A stretch of 64,000 nt of DNA, taken from Tagaea sp. (GTDB lineage: Bacteria; Pseudomonadota; Alphaproteobacteria; CACIAM-22H2). A model generated the notes under the pieces. That model was not told the origin of the DNA and did not search any database. It was given only the letters and a program-made list of their open reading frames with translations. Numbering within the stretch: the stretch's first letter is position 1; each line of letters opens with the position of its first letter. Below, one piece after another: positions 46,129 to 55,646 of this stretch. Both the position numbers and the translations under genes were made by a program. The stretch is taken from the NCBI GenBank assembly GCA_965229215.1, contig OZ245864.1, forward strand, positions 134,360 to 198,359, read 5' to 3'.

Positions 46129-48527
46129 TGCCGGTTCTCCCGACGCAGTGACAGGCGGAGCGCATTTCCGATCACGAGCAGGGACGAAGACGACATCGCG
46201 ATCGCGGCGATCAGCGGGGTCACCTTGCCTGCCATGGCGAGCGGTACGGCGCCGATATTGTAGAAGATCGCCAATGCAAGGTTCTGTCGCACAAGGCGTC
46301 CCGCGCGGCGCGCGACGTCGAGAACCTCCGCGATCGGTGCCAGCCGATTGCCCTGAAACACGATGTCCGCGGCGGTCTGGCTCACGTCTGCCGCCGTCGC
46401 GGGCGAGGCCGATACGTCGGCGGTCGCAAGCGCCGGCGCATCGTTCAGTCCGTCGCCGACCATCAGCGTCCGGCGGCCGGATGCACGAAGCGCGACGAGC
46501 CGTGCGGCTTTGTCGGCCGGGGTGCAGGCGGCCGTCCAATGCCCGATGCCGGCCTCGATTGCAGCCGGACCTACGGCGGCTGCGCGATCGCCGGACAGCA
46601 GTTCGATCTGCAGGCCACGCCCGCGCAGTGTACGGATGACGTCGCCCGCATCGGCGCGCAGGCGATCGGAGAACGCGAACCGGATTGCCGCACGATTCGG
46701 CATGACCAGCCACATTTCGGGTCCGGTGGTGGCGGATTCGATGGCGGGATCGATCCCGCAGAACGCGCGACTGCCCAACAGGACAGGTCCGGCGCCGGTC
46801 TCCATCGAGAGACCCATCCCCGGATGTTCGAGCACGTCCGCGGCGGGAGGCACCGGCGGGGCAGCCCTGACGAGGGCGCGCGAAAGCGGATGGCGGCTGG
46901 CCGCGGCAAGCGAAGCAGCCACCTGCAGATCCTCCGGCGTCCGCGACGGATCGGGAAGCAGTTCGAGGTGTCCTTCGGTAAGCGTCCCAGTCTTGTCGAA
47001 CACGACCGTGTCGACCGCTTCGAGCCGTTCCAGCGCGGTCGGCGATTTCAGGAGAATGCCTTGTCTGAGCAGCCGGCCACCGGCCACCACCTGAACGACC
47101 GGCACGGCGAGGGCGAGCGCACAAGGGCATGTAATGATGAGCACGGCCACCGCATTCAGGAGCGCCACCTGCCAACCGGCGTCTCCGAGCACGCTCCAGG
47201 CGATGAAGGTCAGCGCAGCGAGCGTATGGACGGCCGGTGCATAGGCGCGGGCGACCCGATCGGCCAGAACGACGAAGCGGCTGCGCCCCTGTTCAGCCGC
47301 CTCCATCAGACGCACGATCTCGGCAAGCAGCGTTCGGCTGCCGGTCGCCGTCACGACGATACGCAAGGGCGCGGACAGGTTCACCATCCCCGCAAATACG
47401 GCCGTGCCGACTGCCGCCGCCATCGGGGTCGACTCGCCGGTGACCAGGCTCGTATCCAGATCGGAGCGGCCGGACTCGATCTTTCCGTCGACACCGATCC
47501 GTTCGCCGGCCGCGACGATCACGTGGCTGCCGGGAGCGACCGCGTCGGCGCGCTGAGTGGCAATTCTGCCGTCGCCCTGCACGACGGAGACGGCACTCGG
47601 ACTCAGCGAAACAAGATACTCTGCAGCCGAATGCGCCCGTCCGCGGGACCTTGCATCGAGATATCGGCCGACCAGCAGGAAGAACAGGAGTGCCACCGCC
47701 GAATCGAAGTAGGCATGCTGGCCCGACGACACCGTCTCCCACAGGCTCATGGCGCCTGCCAGCAGGACTCCGATCGAAATGGGGACATCCATATTCGTCC
47801 GCCCGCCGCGAAGCGCCTGCAGGGCGGACCGGAAGAATGGCCGACCCGAATAGGCGATCGTCGGCAGGGCGACCAATGCGGAAACCCAGTGCATCAAGTC
47901 CCGGGTTGCCGGGCCCATGTCGCCGACTTGTCCGGCCCAGACCGACACCGAGAGAAGCATGATGTTGCTGGCGGCGAACCCGGCGACGGCCATCGCCTTC
48001 AGAAGTTCGTTTTCGTGTCGCGCCGTCGCGCTGGCGATCTTGGCGGGATCGTACGGCACAAGATGGAATCCCAGTGCCGCCGCGCGCGCGACATGGCGGT
48101 TTGCGTCGGCCGGCGATCCTTCCCAGCGCAGCAGGAGGCGTCGGGTAGACAGGTTAACGCGGCTGGAGACGACATCCTTGTCGTCGCTCAGGACGGTTTC
48201 AAGGAGCCAGACGCACGCGGCACAGGAGAGACCGTCGACAAGCAGATTGATCTCGTGCCGGCCGGAAGCGGCGCTCGTCGCATAACCCGAGCAGTCGTAG
48301 GTGCCTTCGGCATCCGGGCGCAAGGGCCGGGCGCCCGGCACGATACGCCGACGCCGATAGAACTGGTCGAGTCCGAGGCCCGTGACGATCGCATACGCGG
48401 CTTCGCATCCGCTGCAGCAGAACCCCCGCCCGCCGACGGCCGCCGCCGTACCGCAATGCAGGCAAGCCGGAGAATCGGCCGCTTCCGGTTTCGCGATGTG
48501 CTCCGTCCATGCCGCGACGTCGCTCAT
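46125..48527 (-). CDS. ccoI: copper-translocating P1B-type ATPase CcoI/FixI
   Basis: N-terminal Cys-rich region, CPC motif (ITCPCALALA), DKTGT phosphorylation site and GDGLND hinge. Start at MSDVAAW (ATG 48525-48527) overlaps the ccoH stop. Confidence 0.85.
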   Translation of the reverse strand: MSDVAAWTEHIAKPEAADSPACLHCGTAAAVGGRGFCCSGCEAAYAIVTGLGLDQFYRRRRIVPGARPLRPDAEGTYDCSGYATSAASGRHEINLLVDGLSCAACVWLLETVLSDDKDVVSSRVNLSTRRLLLRWEGSPADANRHVARAAALGFHLVPYDPAKIASATARHENELLKAMAVAGFAASNIMLLSVSVWAGQVGDMGPATRDLMHWVSALVALPTIAYSGRPFFRSALQALRGGRTNMDVPISIGVLLAGAMSLWETVSSGQHAYFDSAVALLFFLLVGRYLDARSRGRAHSAAEYLVSLSPSAVSVVQGDGRIATQRADAVAPGSHVIVAAGERIGVDGKIESGRSDLDTSLVTGESTPMAAAVGTAVFAGMVNLSAPLRIVVTATGSRTLLAEIVRLMEAAEQGRSRFVVLADRVARAYAPAVHTLAALTFIAWSVLGDAGWQVALLNAVAVLIITCPCALALAVPVVQVVAGGRLLRQGILLKSPTALERLEAVDTVVFDKTGTLTEGHLELLPDPSRTPEDLQVAASLAAASRHPLSRALVRAAPPVPPAADVLEHPGMGLSMETGAGPVLLGSRAFCGIDPAIESATTGPEMWLVMPNRAAIRFAFSDRLRADAGDVIRTLRGRGLQIELLSGDRAAAVGPAAIEAGIGHWTAACTPADKAARLVALRASGRRTLMVGDGLNDAPALATADVSASPATAADVSQTAADIVFQGNRLAPIAEVLDVARRAGRLVRQNLALAIFYNIGAVPLAMAGKVTPLIAAIAMSSSSLLVIGNALRLSLRRENRQ

Positions 48528-49006
48528 GGAATCACGATGCGCTGCGTCGAGCGCCAGACGCTGCCGTCGCGCCGCGCGTCGATCCGGGCGTCCCATTGGC
48601 CGCGCGGCATAGCGTCCAGAACGCCGACGTAGCGACCGCCGTCGGCGTGCAGAGTCACGCTGCGCGCATCGGCGGGCCCGACGGGGCGCGCGAGATCGAC
48701 GCGGATTTCGAGGCCTTCAAGCAACATGCCCTCGGCATTGACTGCGGCGGCCGATACCCCGCGACCGCCGGATTCGCTTCCGAATGCAAGATCGATCGAC
48801 CAGCCAAGCGCGTCCTGGCGTGCCGCTGCCGCGATCGCCCGGTTGAACGAGAGGCCGCGCTGGTAGGCGCGGTCGGCGGAAAGCCCGGACCAGGTGCTGA
48901 CGGCAAAGTAGATGAGGCATGCGTTGGCGAAGATGACGACTCCCATTCCCGCGGCGAAGTACCAGGGAATCAAGCGATCTCGACGCAGTACCGCGGATCG
49001 GGTCAT
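48524..49006 (-). CDS. ccoH: CcoH/FixH cbb3 oxidase assembly protein
   Basis: 160-aa protein with an N-terminal TM helix, located between ccoG and ccoI. Confidence 0.8.
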   Translation of the reverse strand: MTRSAVLRRDRLIPWYFAAGMGVVIFANACLIYFAVSTWSGLSADRAYQRGLSFNRAIAAAARQDALGWSIDLAFGSESGGRGVSAAAVNAEGMLLEGLEIRVDLARPVGPADARSVTLHADGGRYVGVLDAMPRGQWDARIDARRDGSVWRSTQRIVIP

Positions 49007-49009
49007 GGC

Positions 49010-50503
49010 TCAGCGATACTCCTGACGTACGGGACCACGGAATGCGGATGACTGCTCGATGACAGAGCCGGTGGCCGTATCTCGAAGGCGGAACGTGAAT
49101 GGCGTCGCCTCGCCGGCAAGTGCGGACCGCGGGGCCGTCAGATAGATCTTGTACGTTGCCACGTTGTCCGGCCGTACCTCGAGAAGGATTTCGGAAGCGG
49201 CATTGTCGAGACCGATGACGCTCAGCGCGGTCGTGTCGATCCCGGCGGTGGAAAGGCCGTATCTGCGGGGTTCACGCGCCTTGTTCAGGATCTTGAACGT
49301 ATAGCCATTGCGGATCGCGCCGTCCGATAGCGTGACGAACAGCGGCGCGCGGTCGGGAAGAACGCTGATCTCGACCGTCGTGCGAAACAAGAACGCCGTC
49401 AGGAGGATGGCGACGACGACGCAGAGAAGGGCGGAATAGAGGACGACGCGCGGGCGCATCAGACGGTAGGGCGCGGCCGATCCGGCGGCTCGGGCGGTCT
49501 GCGAGGCCAGCGTCGCGAAGGCGATGAGGTTGCGCGGGCGGCCGACCTTCTCCATGACCGGATTGCATGCGTCGATGCACAGGCCACAGCCGATGCATTC
49601 GAGCTGCTGCCCGTCGCGGATGTCGATACCCGTCGGGCACACCGCCACGCACTGGCGGCAATCGACGCAGTCGCCCCGGCCTTCCCATCCGTCGCCAGCC
49701 TTGTGCTTGCCGCGCTGCTCGCCGCGCCAGCCCTGATAGGTGACGGTCAGCGTATTCTCGTCGAACATCGCCGCCTGGAACCGTGGCCACGGGCACATGT
49801 AGGTGCAGACCTGTTCGCGCGCCCAGCCGGCAAGCACGTAAGTCGTCGTCGTGAAAAGTCCGATGAAGAAATAGAGTTCCGTGCTGGCGGTGCCGTTGAA
49901 GATCGCGCGCGTCGCCGTCGGCGCATCGACATAGTACATGACCCAGGCGCCGCCGGTTGCCGCGGCGATCAACAGCCAGGCCGTGTGCTTGACCAGTTTG
50001 CGTGCGGTCTTGCCGATCGACCACGGCTGGGTGTCCAGCCGAATCCGCGCATTCCGGTCACCCTCGATCAGCCTCTCGATCCACATGAACAGATCGGTCC
50101 ATACGGTCTGCGGGCAGGCATAGCCGCACCAGAGTCGTCCGAACAGGCTGCTGACAAGAAACAGCGCCAGTGCCGCGCAGACGAGCAATCCCGTCAGGAA
50201 ATAGATTTCCTGAGGCCAGATCTCGGCAGCGAAGAAGTAGGCGCGCGGACCCTGGATATCCAGGAGGATCGCCTGGTCGGGCGCGCCCGGCCCGCGATCC
50301 CAGCGTAGCCACGGGACGACGTAGTAGAGGCCGAGGCACATGGTAAGGACTATCCACTTCAAGCGCCGGAACGTGCCGGTTACGCGCTTGGGATAGACCT
50401 TGATGCGGTTGACGTAGATCGGCTGCTCGGCCTTGAGATCGCGCAACGACTGCACGGTCTCGGACGGAACATCGACTTGCGTTAACCCGCCTTCCGGCAG
50501 CAT
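49010..50503 (-). CDS. ccoG: CcoG/FixG 4Fe-4S ferredoxin-type membrane protein
   Basis: Two Cys clusters (CxxCxxC..CP) and TM helices in a 497-aa protein. Confidence 0.9.
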   Translation of the reverse strand: MLPEGGLTQVDVPSETVQSLRDLKAEQPIYVNRIKVYPKRVTGTFRRLKWIVLTMCLGLYYVVPWLRWDRGPGAPDQAILLDIQGPRAYFFAAEIWPQEIYFLTGLLVCAALALFLVSSLFGRLWCGYACPQTVWTDLFMWIERLIEGDRNARIRLDTQPWSIGKTARKLVKHTAWLLIAAATGGAWVMYYVDAPTATRAIFNGTASTELYFFIGLFTTTTYVLAGWAREQVCTYMCPWPRFQAAMFDENTLTVTYQGWRGEQRGKHKAGDGWEGRGDCVDCRQCVAVCPTGIDIRDGQQLECIGCGLCIDACNPVMEKVGRPRNLIAFATLASQTARAAGSAAPYRLMRPRVVLYSALLCVVVAILLTAFLFRTTVEISVLPDRAPLFVTLSDGAIRNGYTFKILNKAREPRRYGLSTAGIDTTALSVIGLDNAASEILLEVRPDNVATYKIYLTAPRSALAGEATPFTFRLRDTATGSVIEQSSAFRGPVRQEYR

Positions 50504-50512
50504 CGCCGCACC

Positions 50513-51382
50513 TTATCGCCCGCCGCCGAGCGAGTTGACGTAGATGCTCAGCATCTTGATCGTCTCGTCGCTCAGCCGGCCGTTCCATGCCGGCATGCTG
50601 CCGTTGCGCGAATAGGTGATCGTTCGCACGATCGAAGCCTTGTCGCCGCCATAGAGCCAGATTCCGTCGGCCAGATTGGGCGCGCCCATCTCCATGTTGC
50701 CTTCGCCCTTGTCGCCGTGACAGGCCGCGCAGTTCTCCCTGAACACGCCGGCGCCGCGGCCACCCGCGGCCGCATCCTTGGCGCCGCCCGACAGCGAGAG
50801 CACGAACTCCGCGGCATCGTTGATCTGCGCTGCCGTCAGGATCCCGTCCGCGCCGAAGCGCGGCATCTGCGAGATCCTGGAATCGGGGTGCGCGCTGCGG
50901 ATCCCGTATTGGATCGTGCGCTGGATGCTTGCGAGATCGCCGCCCCAGATCCAGTCGTCATCGGCAAGGTTGGGAAATCCCTTTGTCCCGCCGCCGCCGG
51001 ATCCATGGCAGGGCATGCAGTTATCCGCAAAGGCCGCCCGGCCGCCCGCAATGGCGAAGCCGAGGAGATCCCGATCGGCGCGTATCCGGTCGAGCGGCAG
51101 AGCCTTGATGCGGTTCACGAACGGCGCCCGGACCTGCTCCTGCTCGGCGATCTGCGTGATGACGTCTGCCCGGCTCCAGTAGCCTGTCACGCCCTTGAGA
51201 TGCGTCGTCAGGCTCGGCCAGGACGGATAGACCACATAGTAGCCGATCGACCAGACGATCGTCGCGTAGAACACGTAGAGCCACCATTTCGGGAGCGGCG
51301 TGTTGAGTTCCTTGATGCCATCCCACTCGTGCCCGGTCGTGTCGGTCCCCGTGACTGCATCCTTTTCGATTTTCGTCGGCAT
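50513..51382 (-). CDS. ccoP: cbb3-type cytochrome c oxidase subunit III, diheme CcoP
   Basis: Two CxxCH motifs (CMPCH, CAACH) and an N-terminal TM helix. Confidence 0.9.
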   Translation of the reverse strand: MPTKIEKDAVTGTDTTGHEWDGIKELNTPLPKWWLYVFYATIVWSIGYYVVYPSWPSLTTHLKGVTGYWSRADVITQIAEQEQVRAPFVNRIKALPLDRIRADRDLLGFAIAGGRAAFADNCMPCHGSGGGGTKGFPNLADDDWIWGGDLASIQRTIQYGIRSAHPDSRISQMPRFGADGILTAAQINDAAEFVLSLSGGAKDAAAGGRGAGVFRENCAACHGDKGEGNMEMGAPNLADGIWLYGGDKASIVRTITYSRNGSMPAWNGRLSDETIKMLSIYVNSLGGGR

Positions 51383-51391
51383 GGCGGTATC

Positions 51392-51544
51392 CTACTCCCG
51401 ATCCCTGAACGGTATCTGGCCGTGGCTTTCGAGGCGGTCGCGTCGCGAGGGCCACAGCGCCCAGATCACGATTCCCGTAAACAGGACCGTAAACCAGACC
51501 ACCCACAGGCTGCTCAGGACGGAATAGAACTGCATCATGTCCAT
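51392..51544 (-). CDS. ccoQ: cbb3-type cytochrome c oxidase subunit CcoQ/FixQ (50 aa, missing from the supplied ORF track)
   Basis: Hand translation gives MDMMQFYSVLSSLWVVWFTVLFTGIVIWALWPSRRDRLESHGQIPFRDRE in the ccoO-ccoP gap. Confidence 0.65.
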   Translation of the reverse strand: MDMMQFYSVLSSLWVVWFTVLFTGIVIWALWPSRRDRLESHGQIPFRDRE

Positions 51545-51553
51545 CTTCGGTTC

Positions 51554-52279
51554 CTACTGACGGAGGTCTTCGAGGCGGATGTCGCCGAACTTGACGAGCG
51601 TGCCCAACATCTGCAGGTAAGCGATGAGCGCGTCCATTTCGGTGACCTTGCCGGGATTGCCGTCGAAATCGGCGACGACCGCCTTGGGATAGCGCTTCAG
51701 GAGCGCGTCGAAATCCGCGTCCGGATTCTCCTGCGCTTCAAGATCGGCGCGTGCGTTGGCGATCATTTCGTCGGAGTAGGGAACGCCGACGGCGCGGTTC
51801 GCCTTAAGATGTTCCGCAATGTTGGCGTAAGCGAGCGCCTTGTCCGCCAGGAACGCATAACCCGGCATGATCGATTCCGGCACCACGGCGCGCGGATCGG
51901 CCAGGTGGAGCGCATGCCATTCGTTGGAGTACTTCCCCCCGACACGGGCCAGATCCGGGCCCGTGCGCTTGGAGCCCCACTGGAAGGGATGGTCGTACAT
52001 GCTCTCGGCAGCGAGGCTGTAGTGGCCGTAGCGTTCGACCTCGTCCTTGAACGGGCGTATCTGCTGGCTGTGGCACAGATAGCAGCCTTCGCGGATGTAG
52101 ATGTTGCGACCCAGCAGTTCGAGCGGCGAATAAGGCCGCATCCCTTCGACACGCTCGATCGTGGTCTCGATCGTGAAGAGCGGAACGATCTGCACGAGCC
52201 CGCCGATCGACACGGTAATCACGGTCAGGATCGCCAGCAGAACGATGTTCTTTTCGATTATTGCATGACGCGAAAGCAT
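51554..52279 (-). CDS. ccoO: cbb3-type cytochrome c oxidase monoheme subunit CcoO
   Basis: Start at [11 protein letters not shown] (AAGGAA RBS). CYLCH heme motif. Confidence 0.9.
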   Translation of the reverse strand: MLSRHAIIEKNIVLLAILTVITVSIGGLVQIVPLFTIETTIERVEGMRPYSPLELLGRNIYIREGCYLCHSQQIRPFKDEVERYGHYSLAAESMYDHPFQWGSKRTGPDLARVGGKYSNEWHALHLADPRAVVPESIMPGYAFLADKALAYANIAEHLKANRAVGVPYSDEMIANARADLEAQENPDADFDALLKRYPKAVVADFDGNPGKVTEMDALIAYLQMLGTLVKFGDIRLEDLRQ

Positions 52280-52289
52280 CTTCGGTTCC

Positions 52290-53762
52290 TTACCTAGCCG
52301 CGCTCGTTGCGTAGACGGCGGGAGTCGTTTCGCGTGCGACATCGCCGCGGATCGTCCGCCAGAAGTTGTAGACCATGACCAGCGCGCCGATCAGGAACAT
52401 CAGGCCGCCAAGCGCACGGATGACATAGAAGGGATGCATCGCCGCGACGGACTCGACGAACGAGTACTGAAGGAACCCGAGATCGTCGTACGCGCGCCAC
52501 ATCAGCCCCTGCATGATCCCGGAGACCCACATCGCGGTGATGTAGAGGACGATCCCCATCGTCGAGATCCAGAAGTGCCACGAGATCAGGCGCCGGGAAT
52601 AGACGTCGGCGCGGCCCCACATCACAGGCACCAGGTAATAGAGGGCGCCGAAGACGATGAATGCGACCCATCCGAGCGCACCCGAATGCACGTGACCGAT
52701 CGTCCAGTCGGTATAGTGGCTGAGCGCGTTGACCGCCTTGATCGACATGACTGGGCCTTCGAACGTGCTCATGCCGTAGAAGCCGACAGCTGTCACCGAG
52801 AAGCGCAGGCCGGGATCGGTGCGCAGCTTGTCCCAGGCGCCCGACAGGGTCATCAGGCCGTTGATCATGCCGCCCCAGGAGGGCATCCACAGCATGATGG
52901 AGAAGGTCATGCCCAGCGTCTGGGCCCAGTCCGGCAATGCCGTGTAATGCAGGTGGTGAGGACCTGCCCAGATGTAGAGGAAGATCAGCGCCCAGAAATG
53001 GATGATCGACAGCCGGTACGAATAGATCGGCCGTTCGGCGCGCTTCGGGATGTAATAGTACATCATGCCCAGGAAGCCCGCAGTCAGGAAGAACCCGACC
53101 GCATTGTGACCGTACCACCACTGGATCATCGCGCTCTGCACGCCGGCGGCGGCGGAGTAGCTGTGCGTTCCGACCAGCGACACCGGCATCGCGAGGTTGT
53201 TGACGATGTGCAGGACCGCGATCGTGAGGATGAAAGCGAGATAGAACCAGTTGGCGACGTAGATATGCGGCTCGGCGCGCCGGGCCAGCGTGCCGGCGAA
53301 GATCGCCAGATAGGCAACCCAGACGATCGTCAACCACAGATCGGCGTACCACTCCGGCTCGGCGTATTCCTTTCCCTGGGTGATGCCGAGGACGTAGCCG
53401 CTGGCGGCGAGCACGATGAAGAACTGGTAACCCCAGAACACGAACCACGCGAGGCTCGTTCCGCCCCAGAGGCGCGCGCGGCAGGTCCGCTGCACCACGT
53501 GGAACGAAGTGCCGATCAGCGCGCTTCCGCCGAATGCGAAGATCGCTGCTGATGTGTGGACGGGCCGCAAACGGCCGAACGTCGTCCATTCGAGTCCCAG
53601 ATTGAGTTCGGGAAATGCCAATTGCAGGGCGATGTAGAGTCCGGCCGTGAATGCGACGACGCCCCAGAAGATCGTCGCGAGTATGAAGGCGCGGATCACG
53701 TCATCGACATAGGGCGGACGCGAATTCTGGTCGGTCGCGTCGCCGGCGAGCGCTTGGGTCAT
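52290..53762 (-). CDS. ccoN: cbb3-type cytochrome c oxidase catalytic subunit CcoN
   Basis: 490-aa heme-copper oxidase subunit I with 12 or more TM helices and conserved His ligands. Confidence 0.9.
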   Translation of the reverse strand: MTQALAGDATDQNSRPPYVDDVIRAFILATIFWGVVAFTAGLYIALQLAFPELNLGLEWTTFGRLRPVHTSAAIFAFGGSALIGTSFHVVQRTCRARLWGGTSLAWFVFWGYQFFIVLAASGYVLGITQGKEYAEPEWYADLWLTIVWVAYLAIFAGTLARRAEPHIYVANWFYLAFILTIAVLHIVNNLAMPVSLVGTHSYSAAAGVQSAMIQWWYGHNAVGFFLTAGFLGMMYYYIPKRAERPIYSYRLSIIHFWALIFLYIWAGPHHLHYTALPDWAQTLGMTFSIMLWMPSWGGMINGLMTLSGAWDKLRTDPGLRFSVTAVGFYGMSTFEGPVMSIKAVNALSHYTDWTIGHVHSGALGWVAFIVFGALYYLVPVMWGRADVYSRRLISWHFWISTMGIVLYITAMWVSGIMQGLMWRAYDDLGFLQYSFVESVAAMHPFYVIRALGGLMFLIGALVMVYNFWRTIRGDVARETTPAVYATSAAR

Positions 53763-53822
53763 GGGACTTCCCTGAAGATGTACATTGATGGCAAAGCTAG
53801 CGTCGAACGCGCCGGCGGCGCC

Positions 53823-53836
53823 TTGATCTGGGTCAA
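53823..53836. promoter_or_regulatory. FixK/FNR box TTGA-N6-TCAA (extended palindrome CCTTGATCTGGGTCAAGG) upstream of ccoN
   Basis: Perfect TTGA-N6-TCAA centred about 67 bp upstream of the ccoN ATG. Also upstream of the divergent DUF2189 gene. Confidence 0.55.
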
Positions 53837-53927
53837 GGTTTTACCATTGGATCTTCTGTAAATGGACCTTAAAGCATGGGAGCAGGCGGGATCGCCGCCA
53901 GCGAACGTTCGGGAGAAGGAAGGCCAG

Positions 53928-54701
53928 ATGTCTGAATCCGTGCCGGTTTTCGTGCCCCGAGGCCCTCGCATCCGCCGACTCCCCGTCGATCGGCCATGGA
54001 CCTGGATTTCCGCCGGCTGGGATGATCTTGCCGCGACGCCATGGCTGAGTCTGGGGTTTGGCGCAACGCTCGTCGCGGCCAGCGCCGTTTTGACCGGCGG
54101 CATCTGGTTGGCCGGTTCCGCCCATCTGCTGTTGCCACTGGCCGCCGGATTTTTCCTCGTGGCGCCGGTCCTTGCCATTGGCTTTTATGAAATAAGCCGT
54201 CGGCGGGAATCGGGCGAGCCGATCCGGTTGGCGGACATGCTGTTCGCGTTTCGCCGGAATGCGGGCCAGATCGCCCTGATGGGACTGGCACTGATGTTCG
54301 TCCATCTTCTCTGGGTTCGGATCGCAATGTTGCTGTTCGCACTGGCGTTTGGCGGAATCAATCCGCCGCTCGATCAGCTGATGGTCGTCTTGCTGACTTC
54401 GCCGGCAGTGTTGCCTTTCCTCGTTGCAGGAACTGTAATAGGCGGATTTCTGGCGGCGTTCACCTTCGCCATCGGCGCCCTGTCGATTCCGATGCTGCTG
54501 GATCGCGATGTCGGTGTGGCGACGGCGATCGCCACGAGTTGGATTGCTGTCCGCACGAACTGGCAGGCAATGGCCCTTTGGGCAGGTCTGATCGTCCTGT
54601 TCACGTCGCTCGGCCTCGCGACATTCTACGTGGGGCTTGCCCTGGTGATGCCGCTGGTCGGTCACGCGAGCTGGCATGCCTACAAGGATGCGGTCGAATA
54701 G
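53928..54701 (+). CDS. DUF2189-like membrane protein
   Basis: Start at MSESVPVF (GGGAGAAGGAAGG RBS). Multi-TM protein divergent from ccoN. Confidence 0.55.
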   Translation: MSESVPVFVPRGPRIRRLPVDRPWTWISAGWDDLAATPWLSLGFGATLVAASAVLTGGIWLAGSAHLLLPLAAGFFLVAPVLAIGFYEISRRRESGEPIRLADMLFAFRRNAGQIALMGLALMFVHLLWVRIAMLLFALAFGGINPPLDQLMVVLLTSPAVLPFLVAGTVIGGFLAAFTFAIGALSIPMLLDRDVGVATAIATSWIAVRTNWQAMALWAGLIVLFTSLGLATFYVGLALVMPLVGHASWHAYKDAVE

Positions 54702-54703
54702 CG

Positions 54704-55447
54704 TTACGCGGCGAAAGTCCTCGCGGCGAGGGCGAGCAGCAGAACGGCGTTCAGCACCATGACGGGCCGGGCGAGCATGCGCATCTGCGCGCGACGACGC
54801 TGGCCCAGCGCCATGCCGCCATATCCCACCGCAAAGAGAGCCGGGAAAGTACCGAGCGCGAAAGCCGCCATGCCGATGCCGCCGGCGAGCGACGTGCCGC
54901 ATCCGACGGATGCCGCCAGGGCGCCATAGAGCATACCGCAAGGCAGGAAGCCCAAGGCCACGCCGAGGACATAGCCGCCAAAGCCGGTACCATCACGGAC
55001 GGTCGCAGGCAGGTTCCGAAGGAGCCCGTCCGCACCTTGCGACAGCCTGCGATCCAGCCAAGGCAGGCGCAACGAGTGCTCGAAGACTTGAGCCAGGAAC
55101 AGCACGGCCGAGAGCGTCAGGAATATGGCGGGAATCCAGGCATGCTGCGTCAGGAGGGACACCGCGTCGGATATCCCGCCGGCGATCGCGCCAAGCAACG
55201 TATAGGTCGTCAGGCGGCCGAGATGGTAGGGAAGCAATGCCGCTGTTCCGAGGCGCGCGACCGCTCCGAACGAATTGACCTCGACATGCTCCAGACGCCC
55301 CGCCACCTGGGCCAGCACGAATGGCCCGCACATTCCGGCGCAATGCGCAAAGCCGCCTGCAAGGCCCGCAACGAGCATCGGCAGGAAGACGATGGCCTCG
55401 GCCGGCGCAAGGTCCGGGACGAGTAGGTTATGCAGATGTTCAAACAT
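54704..55447 (-). CDS. DsbD_2/TauE-like membrane protein with HCxxMCGP and PCG motifs
   Basis: Motifs GGFAHCAGMCGPFV and LGFLPCGMLYG in a 247-aa polytopic protein. Confidence 0.55.
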   Translation of the reverse strand: MFEHLHNLLVPDLAPAEAIVFLPMLVAGLAGGFAHCAGMCGPFVLAQVAGRLEHVEVNSFGAVARLGTAALLPYHLGRLTTYTLLGAIAGGISDAVSLLTQHAWIPAIFLTLSAVLFLAQVFEHSLRLPWLDRRLSQGADGLLRNLPATVRDGTGFGGYVLGVALGFLPCGMLYGALAASVGCGTSLAGGIGMAAFALGTFPALFAVGYGGMALGQRRRAQMRMLARPVMVLNAVLLLALAARTFAA

Positions 55448-55646
55448 GTGGAAGTGTCGCAGTTCAGGGAATCGCGGTTTTGATGCAGATCAAGATTCGC
55501 CCCAATTCGACTTTAACCCGATTCCGCGCCCGGCATCGGATCTCGGCTCGGCTGCCTGAATCGGCCGCGTTGGTGTGCTTCTTGCTCGGTCCGGCGTGCC
55601 CGACAGGTCCGACCGTCTCGATGCAGATCCCGAAAGTGAATCCGCG

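Noticed and set aside
46539-48632. 697-aa plus-strand ORF opposite ccoI
   Set aside because: Antisense to the P-type ATPase gene, which has unambiguous motifs. Composition artefact.
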